Positions 38,552 through 48,137 of a stretch of 64,000 bases of DNA are shown here, piece after piece. The notes below the pieces were generated by a model. The model was not told the DNA's origin. It searched no databases and saw only the letters and a program-made list of their open reading frames with translations. How positions within the stretch are numbered: position 1 is the first letter of the stretch; the number at the start of each line of letters is the position of its first letter. The position numbers and the translations under genes were made by a program. The stretch comes from Aquabacterium sp. (GTDB taxonomy: Bacteria; Pseudomonadota; Gammaproteobacteria; Burkholderiales; Burkholderiaceae_C). The DNA is taken from the NCBI GenBank assembly GCA_040400895.1, contig JBBAPL010000003.1, positions 12,283 to 76,282 on the forward strand, read 5' to 3'.

Positions 38552-39502
38552 TCAGCGCGCGCGGGCCAGCAAGGCCACCCCGGCGAGTACACACACCGTG
38601 CCGGCAGCCACCCAGGCGGTGAAGGGCTCGCCCAGGATCAGCACGCCCATCACGATGGTGGTGACCGGCCCGACCATGCCGTACTGCGCCGCCTTGGCCG
38701 ACCCGATGCGGGCAATGGCCAGCATCACCATCAGCACCGGCAGCACCGTGCACAGCGTGCCGTTGAGCAGGCTCAGCCACAGCACCGGCCCGGGGATCTG
38801 CACCACGCCCGCCAGCGGCCGCAGCAGCGCAAACTGCCCCAGGCACAGCACGCAGGCCACGGCGCTGGCCCAGCCGGTGAGCCGCAGCGCACCGATGCGC
38901 TGCACCACCTCGCCGCTGTAGAGCAGGTAGCCGGCATAGCTGAGCGTGCTGGCCACCACCAGCGCGGTGCCCAGCGCCACGCGCGGGCCTTCCAGCGTCA
39001 GCTCGTGGCCGAACACCAGCACCAGGCCGAAGTAGGCCAGTGCCATCGCCAGCCACTGACGGCCGCTGGCCCGGCGGCCGTACAGCGCCCACGACAGCAG
39101 CAGCACCACCGATGGCGTCAGGTACAGGATCAGCCGCTCCAGGCTGGCGGTGATGTGCTGCAGGCCCAGGAAGTCGAGGTAGCTCGACAGGTAGTAGCCG
39201 CTGAAGCCCAGCGCCGCGGCCACCCAGCGGTCGCGCCAGGGCAGCGGTGCCCGGCCCCGCCCGGCCCACCAGCACATCAGCAGGAAGAACGGCAGCGCCA
39301 CTGCCATGCGCAACATGATCAGCGTGACGGCATCGACATCGTGCCGGTAGGCGAGCTTGACGATGATGGCCTTGCCCGAGAAGGCCACCGCGCCGGCCAT
39401 CGCCAGCGCCGGGCCCACCCAGCGGGCCTGCCACCGCCCGGCCTCTGGCGCCGCGCCGGCGCCGGTGGGGGGCAATGCGGCCGGCAGAGGGGGTGTCGTC
39501 AT
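38552..39502 (-). CDS. DMT (EamA) family transporter
   Basis: About 10 TM; FSGKAIIVKLAY, SLERLILYLTP, GMVGPVTTI. Confidence 0.88.
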   Translation of the reverse strand: MTTPPLPAALPPTGAGAAPEAGRWQARWVGPALAMAGAVAFSGKAIIVKLAYRHDVDAVTLIMLRMAVALPFFLLMCWWAGRGRAPLPWRDRWVAAALGFSGYYLSSYLDFLGLQHITASLERLILYLTPSVVLLLSWALYGRRASGRQWLAMALAYFGLVLVFGHELTLEGPRVALGTALVVASTLSYAGYLLYSGEVVQRIGALRLTGWASAVACVLCLGQFALLRPLAGVVQIPGPVLWLSLLNGTLCTVLPVLMVMLAIARIGSAKAAQYGMVGPVTTIVMGVLILGEPFTAWVAAGTVCVLAGVALLARAR

Positions 39503-39582
39503 CGCGGTGGATTGTAGGAACCCCGCCCTGGCAAGCACCGGTGCCTGGGCCATACTGACCGGCACTCGACACCAGCCAGACC

Positions 39583-42500
39583 ATGACCGAGTCACCCGAC
39601 ACCGCGCACCCCCTGGCCGCCACCGATGCCGCTGACCACCCGCTGCATCCGGGGCTTGGAAGGCGCCTGGCCAGCGCCGCAGCCCTGGCCCTGCTGTGCG
39701 CCCTGCTGCAGGCGCTGCTGCCAACCCACACCCTGGGCGCGGCCACGCTGGCGCCGCTGTCGGTGGTGCTGGGCGTGGTGGCCGCTGCGGCCATGGCCCG
39801 CGGCCGCTGGACGGTTCCGGCCGCCCTGCTGGGCGTGCTGGCAGCCGACCTGGGGCTGCGTGGCGTGGCGCTGCCGCAGGCCCTGCTGGGCGCGGCCGTG
39901 CTGGGCCTGCAGGCAGCGCTGGTGGGCTGGCTGACCCGCCACACCGGCGACGACGCCCTGCTGCAACTCGACACCTGGCCGCGACTGCGGCGCTTCGTGT
40001 TCGTGGCGGCACCTGCCGCGGCAGCCCTGGGCGTGCTGGGCGGCATGGCCGTGCCCTGGAGCCAGGCCGCAGCCGCCGCGCTGCCGCTGGCGCGTCCACA
40101 ACTGGCGGGAGCGGTGGGCCGCTTCATTGCCGACGCGGCGGGCATCGTGGTCGTTGCCCCGGTGCTGCTGTGCTGGCTGGCGCGACCGGCGGCGCCCTGG
40201 CGGCCACGCCGGCGGCTGGTGGCGCTGCCCCTGCTGCTGCTGGTGGCAGCGATGCTGCCGGGCTTCAACGAAGTGGCCCGCCGGGACGAACTGCGGCTGG
40301 CCGTGCACTTCGACCGCGAAGCCAACCTGCGCCGGGTGCGGGTGCAGCAGCTGCTGGCGGCGCCGATGGACGCGGTGCTGACCTTGCGTGGCGTGCTGGC
40401 TGCTGGCGGCGCGACGCCCGACACGGTGCTGTTCGACCAGTTGTCGGCTGGCTGGATGGACCGCATCGCCGGCCTGCGCGCCACCGGCTGGCTGGAGCGC
40501 AGCGCCAGCGGCAGCGCACCGGGCGTCCTGCTGCTGCATGCCCGCTGGCAAAAGACCGAGACCGGCGCCCTGCCTGGCGTGCGCCCCGGTGCCGACAGTC
40601 GGCTGGCACTGGACGCCGGCCTGGACCAGGCCGTGACCCGTGCGCTGGCGCAACCCGGCCAGCCGGTGCTGCATCCGCTGCAGGCGGCCGCTGCCAGCCC
40701 AGGCACGCAGTGGCTGGTGCTGCAGGCGGTGGCTGCCGGTCCCAGCGGCGCTGCCAGCAGGCTGGTGTTTGCGCGTGTCGACGGCCACACGCTGCTGGCG
40801 CCCGCCCTGCCCGACGACGACGATCCGAACCTGCGGGTGTGCCTGATGGGCGCCACGGCGGCCAACGGCCCGGGTCAGCGCCTGGCTGGGCCGCCTGGAT
40901 GCGACGCCGACGTGCCGGCACGGGCGCTGCGCGCCCAGGCGTTTGCGCTGACGGTGGGCGATCAGCGGCTGGACCTGCTGGTCACCGAACCGGCGACCGC
41001 CGAAAACCGGCTGTTCACCGCCGTGTGGCTGCTGGCGCTGCCGGCGGTGATCGCCGCGGCCATGCTGAGCGCCCTGCTGCTGGCGCTGAGCGGCCGGCTG
41101 CGCCGCATCGAAGACCGGGTGCGCGAGCGCACCGCGGCCCTGCAGGCCGAGATCGACGAGCGCCGCCAGGCAGAGGCCAGGCTGGCGGTGAGCGAGCAGC
41201 GCTTCCGCGCCATCTTCGACAGCGTGAACATCGGCGTCACCGTGGTCGACCCTGCAGGCTGCATCACCGATGTGAACCCGGCGTTCTGCCAGATGATGGG
41301 CTGCAAGCCGGCCGACCTGCTGCACAAGCCACTGGCCGACTTCCGACTGCCGGATGTGACCGAAGACGACGGCACCGCGGCGGCCATGGGCGGCGGCGCG
41401 GCGCGGCGCCAGCGCTTCATCACCCCCGACGGCCGCATGCTGCAGGTGGCCGCCAGCCTGCGCACCCTGCACGACGCCCACGGCGCGCCGGTGGCCACCG
41501 TGGGCGCGCTGCAGGACCTGACCCAGGTGCTGCGCCTGCGCGAAGCCGAGCGCGAGCGTGAACAGGCCGAGGTGGCCAGCCGCACCAAGAGCGAATTCCT
41601 GGCCCGGCTCAGCCATGAGCTGCGGGCACCGCTGAACGCCATCCTCGGCTTCGCCCAGATGCTGGGCAGCAGCGACGTCACCCAAAGCGGCGACGGCCTG
41701 CAGCCGCAGCAGCGCCATGGCCTGGCGCAGATCCGCCAGGCCGGCTGGCACCTGCTGGACATGATCAACGACGTGCTCGACCTGTCGCGCATGGAAGCCG
41801 GCGGCCTGCGCCTGACGCTGGAGCCGGTGTCGCTGCCCGATCTGGCGCAGGAAGCCATGGCCATGGTGGAGCCCGCCGCGCAGCAGGCCCAGGTGGAACT
41901 GGACTTGTCGCTCAGCCCGCAGGCCGAGTGGGTGCAGGCCGATCCGGTGCGCCTGCGCCAGGTGCTGGTCAACCTGCTGGGCAATGCGGTCAAGTACAAC
42001 CGGCGCGGCGGTCGCGTGACGCTGCGCACCCGGCCCGCTGCCGTGGGCGAGGTCAGCATCGAGGTGGAAGACACCGGCATCGGCATGCGTGAGGACCAAC
42101 TGGCCGAGTTGTTCACGCCATTCCACCGACTGGGGCGCGACCAGGCCGGCGCACCGGGCCAGCCTGGCAGCCAAGGCACCGGCATCGGCCTGGTGATCTG
42201 CCGCAAGCTGGCCGACCTGATGGGCGGCACGCTGGAGGTGCACAGCCAGGAAGGCCAGGGCTCGGTGTTCGGCCTCACGCTGCCCAGGCCGGCGGGTGAG
42301 CCGCAGCGCGCCGAGGTCAACTCCAACCTGGCCCTGCTGCCGCGGGTGAGCATCGGCAGGGTGCTCTACATCGAGGACAACCAGGCCGACGCCCGGGCCA
42401 TGCAGGCGTTGCTGGCGCAGCGCCCGGGCGTCACCCTGGTGTGCGCGGGCACCGCCACCGAAGGCCTGGCCCTGGCCGCTGAGGCCGACCTGGTGCTGCT

Positions 42501-42714
42501 GGACCTGGACCTGCCCGACCACCCAGGCATCGAGGTGCTGCGGGCCCTGAAGGCCGATGCACGCTGGCGTGCCCTGCCGGTGATCGTGGTCTCGGCCGAA
42601 ACCCGGCCACAGCGCATCGACGACTGCTTCGATGCTGGCGCCAACCAGTTTCTGACCAAGCCACTCGATGGCCAGCAGGTGCTGCGGGCCATCGACGACG
42701 CATTGAGCGCCTGA
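39583..42714 (+). CDS. Hybrid sensor histidine kinase (MASE1-like membrane domain, CHASE-like domain, PAS, HisKA, HATPase, REC)
   Basis: SHELRAPLNAI H-box, NLLGNAVKY, DTGIG, GTGIGL; C-terminal REC (YIEDN..LLDLDLP..FLTKP). Confidence 0.92.
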   Translation: MTESPDTAHPLAATDAADHPLHPGLGRRLASAAALALLCALLQALLPTHTLGAATLAPLSVVLGVVAAAAMARGRWTVPAALLGVLAADLGLRGVALPQALLGAAVLGLQAALVGWLTRHTGDDALLQLDTWPRLRRFVFVAAPAAAALGVLGGMAVPWSQAAAAALPLARPQLAGAVGRFIADAAGIVVVAPVLLCWLARPAAPWRPRRRLVALPLLLLVAAMLPGFNEVARRDELRLAVHFDREANLRRVRVQQLLAAPMDAVLTLRGVLAAGGATPDTVLFDQLSAGWMDRIAGLRATGWLERSASGSAPGVLLLHARWQKTETGALPGVRPGADSRLALDAGLDQAVTRALAQPGQPVLHPLQAAAASPGTQWLVLQAVAAGPSGAASRLVFARVDGHTLLAPALPDDDDPNLRVCLMGATAANGPGQRLAGPPGCDADVPARALRAQAFALTVGDQRLDLLVTEPATAENRLFTAVWLLALPAVIAAAMLSALLLALSGRLRRIEDRVRERTAALQAEIDERRQAEARLAVSEQRFRAIFDSVNIGVTVVDPAGCITDVNPAFCQMMGCKPADLLHKPLADFRLPDVTEDDGTAAAMGGGAARRQRFITPDGRMLQVAASLRTLHDAHGAPVATVGALQDLTQVLRLREAEREREQAEVASRTKSEFLARLSHELRAPLNAILGFAQMLGSSDVTQSGDGLQPQQRHGLAQIRQAGWHLLDMINDVLDLSRMEAGGLRLTLEPVSLPDLAQEAMAMVEPAAQQAQVELDLSLSPQAEWVQADPVRLRQVLVNLLGNAVKYNRRGGRVTLRTRPAAVGEVSIEVEDTGIGMREDQLAELFTPFHRLGRDQAGAPGQPGSQGTGIGLVICRKLADLMGGTLEVHSQEGQGSVFGLTLPRPAGEPQRAEVNSNLALLPRVSIGRVLYIEDNQADARAMQALLAQRPGVTLVCAGTATEGLALAAEADLVLLDLDLPDHPGIEVLRALKADARWRALPVIVVSAETRPQRIDDCFDAGANQFLTKPLDGQQVLRAIDDALSA

Positions 42715-42739
42715 ACGGGCGGCCATCGGCCGCCCCATG

Positions 42740-42765
42740 CAAACGGCCCCTTGCGGGGCCGTTTG
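42740..42765. terminator. Bidirectional intrinsic terminator
   Basis: caaacggcccc-ttgc-ggggccgtttg perfect 11-bp stem with a short T run on each strand, between convergent genes. Confidence 0.8.
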
Positions 42766-42795
42766 TCTTCCAACCGGATGAACGCGTGGCGCTGG

Positions 42796-44307
42796 TCAAT
42801 CCTCGACGAAGGCTTCCCGTCGCTTGGCCTTGATCGACGGCAGCATGACCACCACCACCATCAGCAGCGCTGCCGCCAGCAGAGCCGCCGACAACGGGCG
42901 GGTGGCGAAGGTGGTCCAGTCGCCGCGCGACAGCAGCAGCGCGCGGCGCAGGTTCTCTTCCATCATCGGGCCGAGGATGAAGCCCAGCAGCAACGGCGCC
43001 GGCTCGCAGCCCAGCTTGTAGAAGGCATAGCCCACCACCGCGAAGATGGCCGTCATGTACACGTCGAATGCGTTGTTGTTCAGCGTGTAGCTGCCGATGC
43101 AGCAGAAGGTGACGATGGCCGGGAACAGGAAGCGGTACGGCACGGTCAGCAGCTTGATCCAGATGCCGATCAGCGGCAGGTTCAGGATCACCAGCATCAG
43201 GTTGCCCACCCACATGCTGGCGATCAGGCCCCAGAACAGCTCGGGATTGCTGGTCATCACCTGCGGGCCGGGCTGGATGCCCTTGATCGTCATCGCGCCC
43301 ACCATCAGCGCCATCACCGCGTTCGGCGGGATGCCCAGGGTCAGCATCGGTATGAAGCTGGTTTGCGCGCCGGCGTTGTTGGCCGCCTCGGGGCCGGCCA
43401 CGCCGCGGATGTTGCCCTGGCCGAACGGCACTTCGCCTTGGCGGCCGCGGGTCTTCTTCTCGAGCGTGTAGGCCGCGAACGACGCCAGCAGCGCACCGCC
43501 ACCGGGCAGGATGCCCAGGATCGAGCCCAGCGCCGTGCCGCGCAGCACCGCGGGCGCGGCGTCCTTGAAGTCCTGCTTGTTCGGCCACAGGCCGGTCACG
43601 TTCTTGGTGAACACCTCGCGCGTCTCGGCCGGGCGGCCCAGGTTGGAGATGATCTCGCCGAAGCCGAACACGCCCATGGCGATGGCGACGAAGCCGATGC
43701 CGTCGGTCAGCTCGGGGACGTCGAAGCTGAAGCGGGGCACGCCCGAGATCACGTCGGTGTTGATCTGGCCCAGCAGCAGGCCCAGCACGATCATCCCGAT
43801 GGCCTTGATCAGCGAGCCCGAGGCCAGCACCACCGCACCGATCAGGCCCAGCACCATCAGGCTGAAATACTCGGCCGGGCCGAACTTGAAGGCCACCTCG
43901 GTCAGCGGCGGCGCAAACGCCGCAATGATGACGGTGCCCACGCAGCCGGCAAAGAACGAGCCCAGGCCTGCCGCTGCCAGCGCCGCACCTGCCCGGCCCT
44001 TGCGCGCCATGGCGTAGCCGTCGATGGCCGTGACCACCGAACTGGATTCACCCGGCACGTTGATCAGGATGGCGGTGGTCGAGCCGCCGTACTGCGCGCC
44101 GTAGTAGATGCCGGCCAGCATGATCAGTGCGGGCGTGGCGTCCAGCGCATAGATGCTGGGCAGCAGCATCGCGATGGTGGCCACCGGCCCCAGGCCGGGC
44201 AGCACGCCGATCAGCGTGCCCAGCACCGCACCACCGAAGGCATACAGCAGGTTGGTCGCCGTGAAGGCGACGCCGAAGCCCAGCATCAAGTTGTTCAAGA
44301 GTTCCAT
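42796..44307 (-). CDS. tctA: Tripartite tricarboxylate transporter large permease
   Basis: GTLIGVLPGLG, YYGAQYGGS, PGESSS, GPEAANNA, LTLGIP. Confidence 0.95.
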   Translation of the reverse strand: MELLNNLMLGFGVAFTATNLLYAFGGAVLGTLIGVLPGLGPVATIAMLLPSIYALDATPALIMLAGIYYGAQYGGSTTAILINVPGESSSVVTAIDGYAMARKGRAGAALAAAGLGSFFAGCVGTVIIAAFAPPLTEVAFKFGPAEYFSLMVLGLIGAVVLASGSLIKAIGMIVLGLLLGQINTDVISGVPRFSFDVPELTDGIGFVAIAMGVFGFGEIISNLGRPAETREVFTKNVTGLWPNKQDFKDAAPAVLRGTALGSILGILPGGGALLASFAAYTLEKKTRGRQGEVPFGQGNIRGVAGPEAANNAGAQTSFIPMLTLGIPPNAVMALMVGAMTIKGIQPGPQVMTSNPELFWGLIASMWVGNLMLVILNLPLIGIWIKLLTVPYRFLFPAIVTFCCIGSYTLNNNAFDVYMTAIFAVVGYAFYKLGCEPAPLLLGFILGPMMEENLRRALLLSRGDWTTFATRPLSAALLAAALLMVVVVMLPSIKAKRREAFVED

Positions 44308-44317
44308 GGTCGGCTCC

Positions 44318-44782
44318 TCAACCGGTGATGAATGACGGCCACAAGGGGAGGACCAGATTGAGCCCCTTGATGAAGATGAGCCAAGAGCCCAGGGTGAGCA
44401 CCACCACGCTGATGACCGAATCCTTCCAGTGGAATTCATCGCCGGCCAGGGCCGACACGATGATCAGCAGCGGCAGCGAGATGAGCAGGCCCAACTTGGG
44501 CAGGAGGAAGCCGAACATCACCACCGAGCCTGTGATGATGACCAGGGGCTTCCAGGCGATCGATCCGATCGGGTCGCCGTCTTCGGTCTCGACGGTGATG
44601 GACGAGAACCACACCAGCGCGCCCATGATCGCCATCAGCACACCCAGGCCGAAGGGAAAGTAGGCGGGGCCCGGGCGGGCCGACGAACCGAAGCTGTAGT
44701 TGGTGGCACCCCAGGCGAAGCCCAGGCCCACGACGACAAACATCAGCCCTGACCAGAAATCCTTCTGGCTCTTGATCTTCAT
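44318..44782 (-). CDS. tctB: Tripartite tricarboxylate transporter small permease
   Basis: 4 TM; MKIKSQKDF, GPAYFP; directly upstream of tctA. Confidence 0.88.
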   Translation of the reverse strand: MKIKSQKDFWSGLMFVVVGLGFAWGATNYSFGSSARPGPAYFPFGLGVLMAIMGALVWFSSITVETEDGDPIGSIAWKPLVIITGSVVMFGFLLPKLGLLISLPLLIIVSALAGDEFHWKDSVISVVVLTLGSWLIFIKGLNLVLPLWPSFITG

Positions 44783-44918
44783 TGGGGAATCTCCTCGAAC
44801 GGCATCTCAGTTGTGCCGGATTCTAGGGAGCGCCCTCCACAGGGCCGGTGTGGTTTCCACGTAAGCCAGGGCACCCCGCACCCGCGGTGTCGCTGCCGGG
44901 ACAGGCCCGGGCGCCGGG

Positions 44919-46781
44919 TCAGGATTCCGACCAGGCCGGCGTGGCCCGCAGCACCTCGTCCACCGTGGTGTGGCCCTCGGCCACCTTCATCATGCCGGCC
45001 AGGCGCAACGGGCGCATGCCGTCCTGGATGGCATGGCGGCGCAGCGCGGCCATGTCATGCGCCGGATGCACCGCGCGGCGCGCGTCATCGCCCAGCACCA
45101 GCAATTCATACAGGCCCACGCGGCCGCGGTAGCCGGTCTGCCGGCAGGCCAGGCAGCCCACCGGCTTGTAGGGGCGCACACCACCAGACAGGCGCCACGG
45201 ATGCGCCAGCGCGTCCAGCGTGTCCCGGGTGGTGGCGTCGTCGCGTGTTTTGCAAGCCGGGCACAGGGTGCGCGCCAGTCGCTGGGCCAGCACACCGATG
45301 ACGGTGGCCGAGATCAGGTAAGGCGGCACGCCCAGGTCGGTCAGCCGGGTGATGGCCGAGGCTGCATCGTTGGTGTGCAAGGTGGAAAACACCAGATGGC
45401 CAGTCAGCGCGGCCTGGATCGCCATCTCGGCGGTGGCCAGGTCGCGGATCTCGCCGACCATGATGATGTCCGGGTCCTGCCGCATCAGCGCCCGCAGCCC
45501 TTCGGCAAAGCCCATGTCGAGCGCGGCCTGCACCTGCGTCTGGTTGAAGGCCGGCTCGATCATCTCGATCGGGTCTTCGACGGTGCAGACGTTCACCTGC
45601 TCGGTGGCCAGGCTCTTGAGCGTGGAGTACAGCGTGGTGGTCTTGCCGCTGCCGGTGGGGCCGGTGACCAGGATGATGCCGTGCGCCTGGCCGATCAGCT
45701 GCGCCCAGCGCTCGCCGTCGTGCGCCGAGAAGCCCAGCGCCTCGACGCTCTTGACCACTGTCTCCGGGTCGAACACCCGCATCACCATCTTCTCGCCGAA
45801 GGCGGTGGGCAGGGTGGACAGGCGCATCTCGACCTCGTCGCCGGCGCCTTCGGCGGTGTCGGGCCGCTTGGTCTTGATGCGGCCGTCCTGCGGGCGGCGG
45901 CGTTCCACCACGTCCATGCGGCCCAGCAGCTTGATGCGCGCGGTCATCGCGTTCATCACCGTCAGCGGCACCTGGTAGACGGTGTGCAGCACGCCGTCGA
46001 TGCGAAAGCGGATCGCACCCATCTCGCGCCGTGGCTCCAGGTGGATGTCGGACGCACGCTGGTCGAAGGCGTACTGCCACAGCCAGTCCACCACCTGCAC
46101 CACGCCCTGGTCGTTGGCGTCGAGCTGCTTGTTGGTCTTGCCCAGTTCCACCAGCTGCTCGAAGCTGGCGGTGGCTGCCGTCTCGCCGCTCTTCTGCGCA
46201 TTGCGCACTGAGCGCGCCAGGTTGTAGAACTCACTGGTGTAGCGCGCCACGTCCTCGGGGTTGGCGACGACCAACTTCACCCGGCGCCGGCTGTGCGATT
46301 CGATCTCGCTGACCCAGCCGGTGTCGAAGGGCTCGCTGGTGGCCACGGTCACCGTGTCGGCCGACACATTGACCGGCAGCACCTTGCGCATCTCGGCGTA
46401 CTGCAGGCTCATCACCTCGGCCACGCGGCCCACGTCCACCTTCAACGGGTCGATGCGCAGGTAGGGCAATTGCACCCGCCGCGCCAGCCACTCGGTCAGG
46501 GCCTCGCAATCCAGCGCGCGCCCCTGGTGTTGCAGGCCGGCGCCGCCCAGGCGCACCAGGGCATGCAGGCTGCTGGAGCCGGCGCCGAAGCGCTTGATCA
46601 CCCGCTGGGCGTCGTCATCGGTCACCAGCCCGTCGTCACGCAGCCAGCCCAGCAGCTGGTGCCAGTCCAGCCGGCCGCGCGGCCGCGCAGCAACCACTGC
46701 CGCGGCGATGTCGGCCTTGCTGGCGATGGGCAGACTGCCAGGCGCGGCAGGTGGCCGCGGGCGGGGGGCGATGGACGTCAT
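44919..46781 (-). CDS. GspE/PilB-family secretion/pilus ATPase
   Basis: ASDIHLEP, RFRIDG, RRPQDG, TGPTGSGKT, TVEDPIE, LMRQDPDIIMVGEIRD, STLHTND, CPAC..GCLAC zinc site. Confidence 0.93.
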   Translation of the reverse strand: MTSIAPRPRPPAAPGSLPIASKADIAAAVVAARPRGRLDWHQLLGWLRDDGLVTDDDAQRVIKRFGAGSSSLHALVRLGGAGLQHQGRALDCEALTEWLARRVQLPYLRIDPLKVDVGRVAEVMSLQYAEMRKVLPVNVSADTVTVATSEPFDTGWVSEIESHSRRRVKLVVANPEDVARYTSEFYNLARSVRNAQKSGETAATASFEQLVELGKTNKQLDANDQGVVQVVDWLWQYAFDQRASDIHLEPRREMGAIRFRIDGVLHTVYQVPLTVMNAMTARIKLLGRMDVVERRRPQDGRIKTKRPDTAEGAGDEVEMRLSTLPTAFGEKMVMRVFDPETVVKSVEALGFSAHDGERWAQLIGQAHGIILVTGPTGSGKTTTLYSTLKSLATEQVNVCTVEDPIEMIEPAFNQTQVQAALDMGFAEGLRALMRQDPDIIMVGEIRDLATAEMAIQAALTGHLVFSTLHTNDAASAITRLTDLGVPPYLISATVIGVLAQRLARTLCPACKTRDDATTRDTLDALAHPWRLSGGVRPYKPVGCLACRQTGYRGRVGLYELLVLGDDARRAVHPAHDMAALRRHAIQDGMRPLRLAGMMKVAEGHTTVDEVLRATPAWSES

Positions 46782-46899
46782 GCAGTGGCCAGTTGGGTGC
46801 GGCAGGGCATGCCGCCGTGCCATGTTAGCCCCGCACGCCCAGGGCAAACGAGGGATGCGCCTGCAGCGGCCGGCGCCAGCGATGGGCCGGCAGCAGGCA

Positions 46900-47292
46900 T
46901 CAATGCCGCTGCCAGAAGCGACGCAGCAGGTCCAGATAGCCCGGCGGCTGATCTGCGTCACCGATGCGCTGGTTGTAGTCACGCAGGCGGCGCAGTTCAT
47001 GCACGACGGCCGGCGGAAAGCCGGCACGGCCACCACGGCGATCGGTCAGCAGGTCATCCAGCACCGCATGCACCTGCAGCGTGTCACGCCAGTTCCAGGC
47101 AATCAGATTCGCCACACGCGGGAATTGCACGCACAGTTGCAATGGCCGACGTCCGGCCGGCAGCCTGCGCAGCCAGACCCGGGTGGTGCCTGTCAAGGCT
47201 TCGTCGTTGTGGCGCGGCTGCCGCCGCACCGGTTCCCAGGCGTCCGCAGAGGCCGGCATGTCAGGAAGACCCATTCGCGGAAGGTGTCGCAT
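46900..47292 (-). CDS. Conserved-looking small hypothetical protein
   Basis: WLRRLP..RP..L..QFPRVANLIAWNW.D..LDDLLTDRRGGRAGFP..V..EL..L. I recall this pattern from Burkholderiales hypothetical proteins. Confidence 0.7.
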   Translation of the reverse strand: MRHLPRMGLPDMPASADAWEPVRRQPRHNDEALTGTTRVWLRRLPAGRRPLQLCVQFPRVANLIAWNWRDTLQVHAVLDDLLTDRRGGRAGFPPAVVHELRRLRDYNQRIGDADQPPGYLDLLRRFWQRH

Positions 47293-47345
47293 CGCTGGGG
47301 TATCGGCACGCCCCTGGCGCACTTGAGCAGGCGCCTGGCGGCCGA

Positions 47346-48137
47346 TCAGCGGCGCGCCGCTGCCGGATCTGGCCCCGACGCAGCCTGGTAGGGGCGCACC
47401 AGCCGCAGCCACTTGAGGGCCTTCAGGCCGTAGCGCGCCTCGATGAGCTCGGCGCGCGCCGTCAGCGTCTCGCGGTCGGGCACGGCCACATCGCGGCCGG
47501 CCACCAGGATGGTGTTGCCCTCGGCGGTGGGGGCCAGTTGCCAGACCTGGTCGGCGCCAAAGGCGGCCGCCACCCTGGCGGCGCTGCGCTCGAAACTGCT
47601 GTCCCGGCCGAACAGGTTGACCGCCATCAGGCCACCCGGTGCCAGCAGGCCGCGGCAGGCGCGGTAGAAGTCGGCATCGTCGAGCACCGGCGCGGCGGCG
47701 TCGTGGTCGTACAGGTCGACGCACAGCGCGTCCACCGTCTGCAGGTGGGCGTCATCCAGCACCCAGCGCGCAGCGTCGGTGTGCAGCACCTGCAGCAGCG
47801 CATCGTCGGCCGGCAATTGGAACCACAGCCGGTTGGCGTCGATCACGCTCGGGTTGATCTCCACCGCCGTGGTGCGCCAGCGCAGCACCTGGTGGCTGAA
47901 GCGGGTGAGCGCGCCCGCGCCCAGGCCCAGTTGCACCGCGTGCCCCTGGGCCAGCGACTCACTGGGGCGCCACAGCAGCCAGGCCATCATGCGCTGGATG
48001 TATTCCAGCTCCAGCTTGCGCGGGCTGCGGATGCGCATCGCGCCTTGCACCCAATCGGTGCCCAGGTGCAGGTAGCGCACGCCATCGAACTCGCTGATGG
48101 TGGCGCCGGCCAGATGGGTCTGTGCCTTCTTCGCCAT
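47346..48137 (-). CDS. Spermidine synthase-like SAM-dependent methyltransferase
   Basis: RYLHLG..VQGAM, LGLGAGAL, VEINP, VDLYD, GGLMAVNLF. Confidence 0.85.
   Translation of the reverse strand: MAKKAQTHLAGATISEFDGVRYLHLGTDWVQGAMRIRSPRKLELEYIQRMMAWLLWRPSESLAQGHAVQLGLGAGALTRFSHQVLRWRTTAVEINPSVIDANRLWFQLPADDALLQVLHTDAARWVLDDAHLQTVDALCVDLYDHDAAAPVLDDADFYRACRGLLAPGGLMAVNLFGRDSSFERSAARVAAAFGADQVWQLAPTAEGNTILVAGRDVAVPDRETLTARAELIEARYGLKALKWLRLVRPYQAASGPDPAAARR

Noticed and set aside
39592-42738. 1048-aa antisense ORF over the hybrid kinase; similar long antisense ORFs at 26959..30009, 60028..62751, 46293..48458 and 8502..10280
   Set aside because: Stop-poor reverse frames of real GC-rich genes, with Gln/His/Gly/Arg-biased composition and no domains.
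44919-46781. Type II secretion or type IV pilus locus
   Set aside because: Only the ATPase is present; there are no pilins, secretin or platform proteins in the window.
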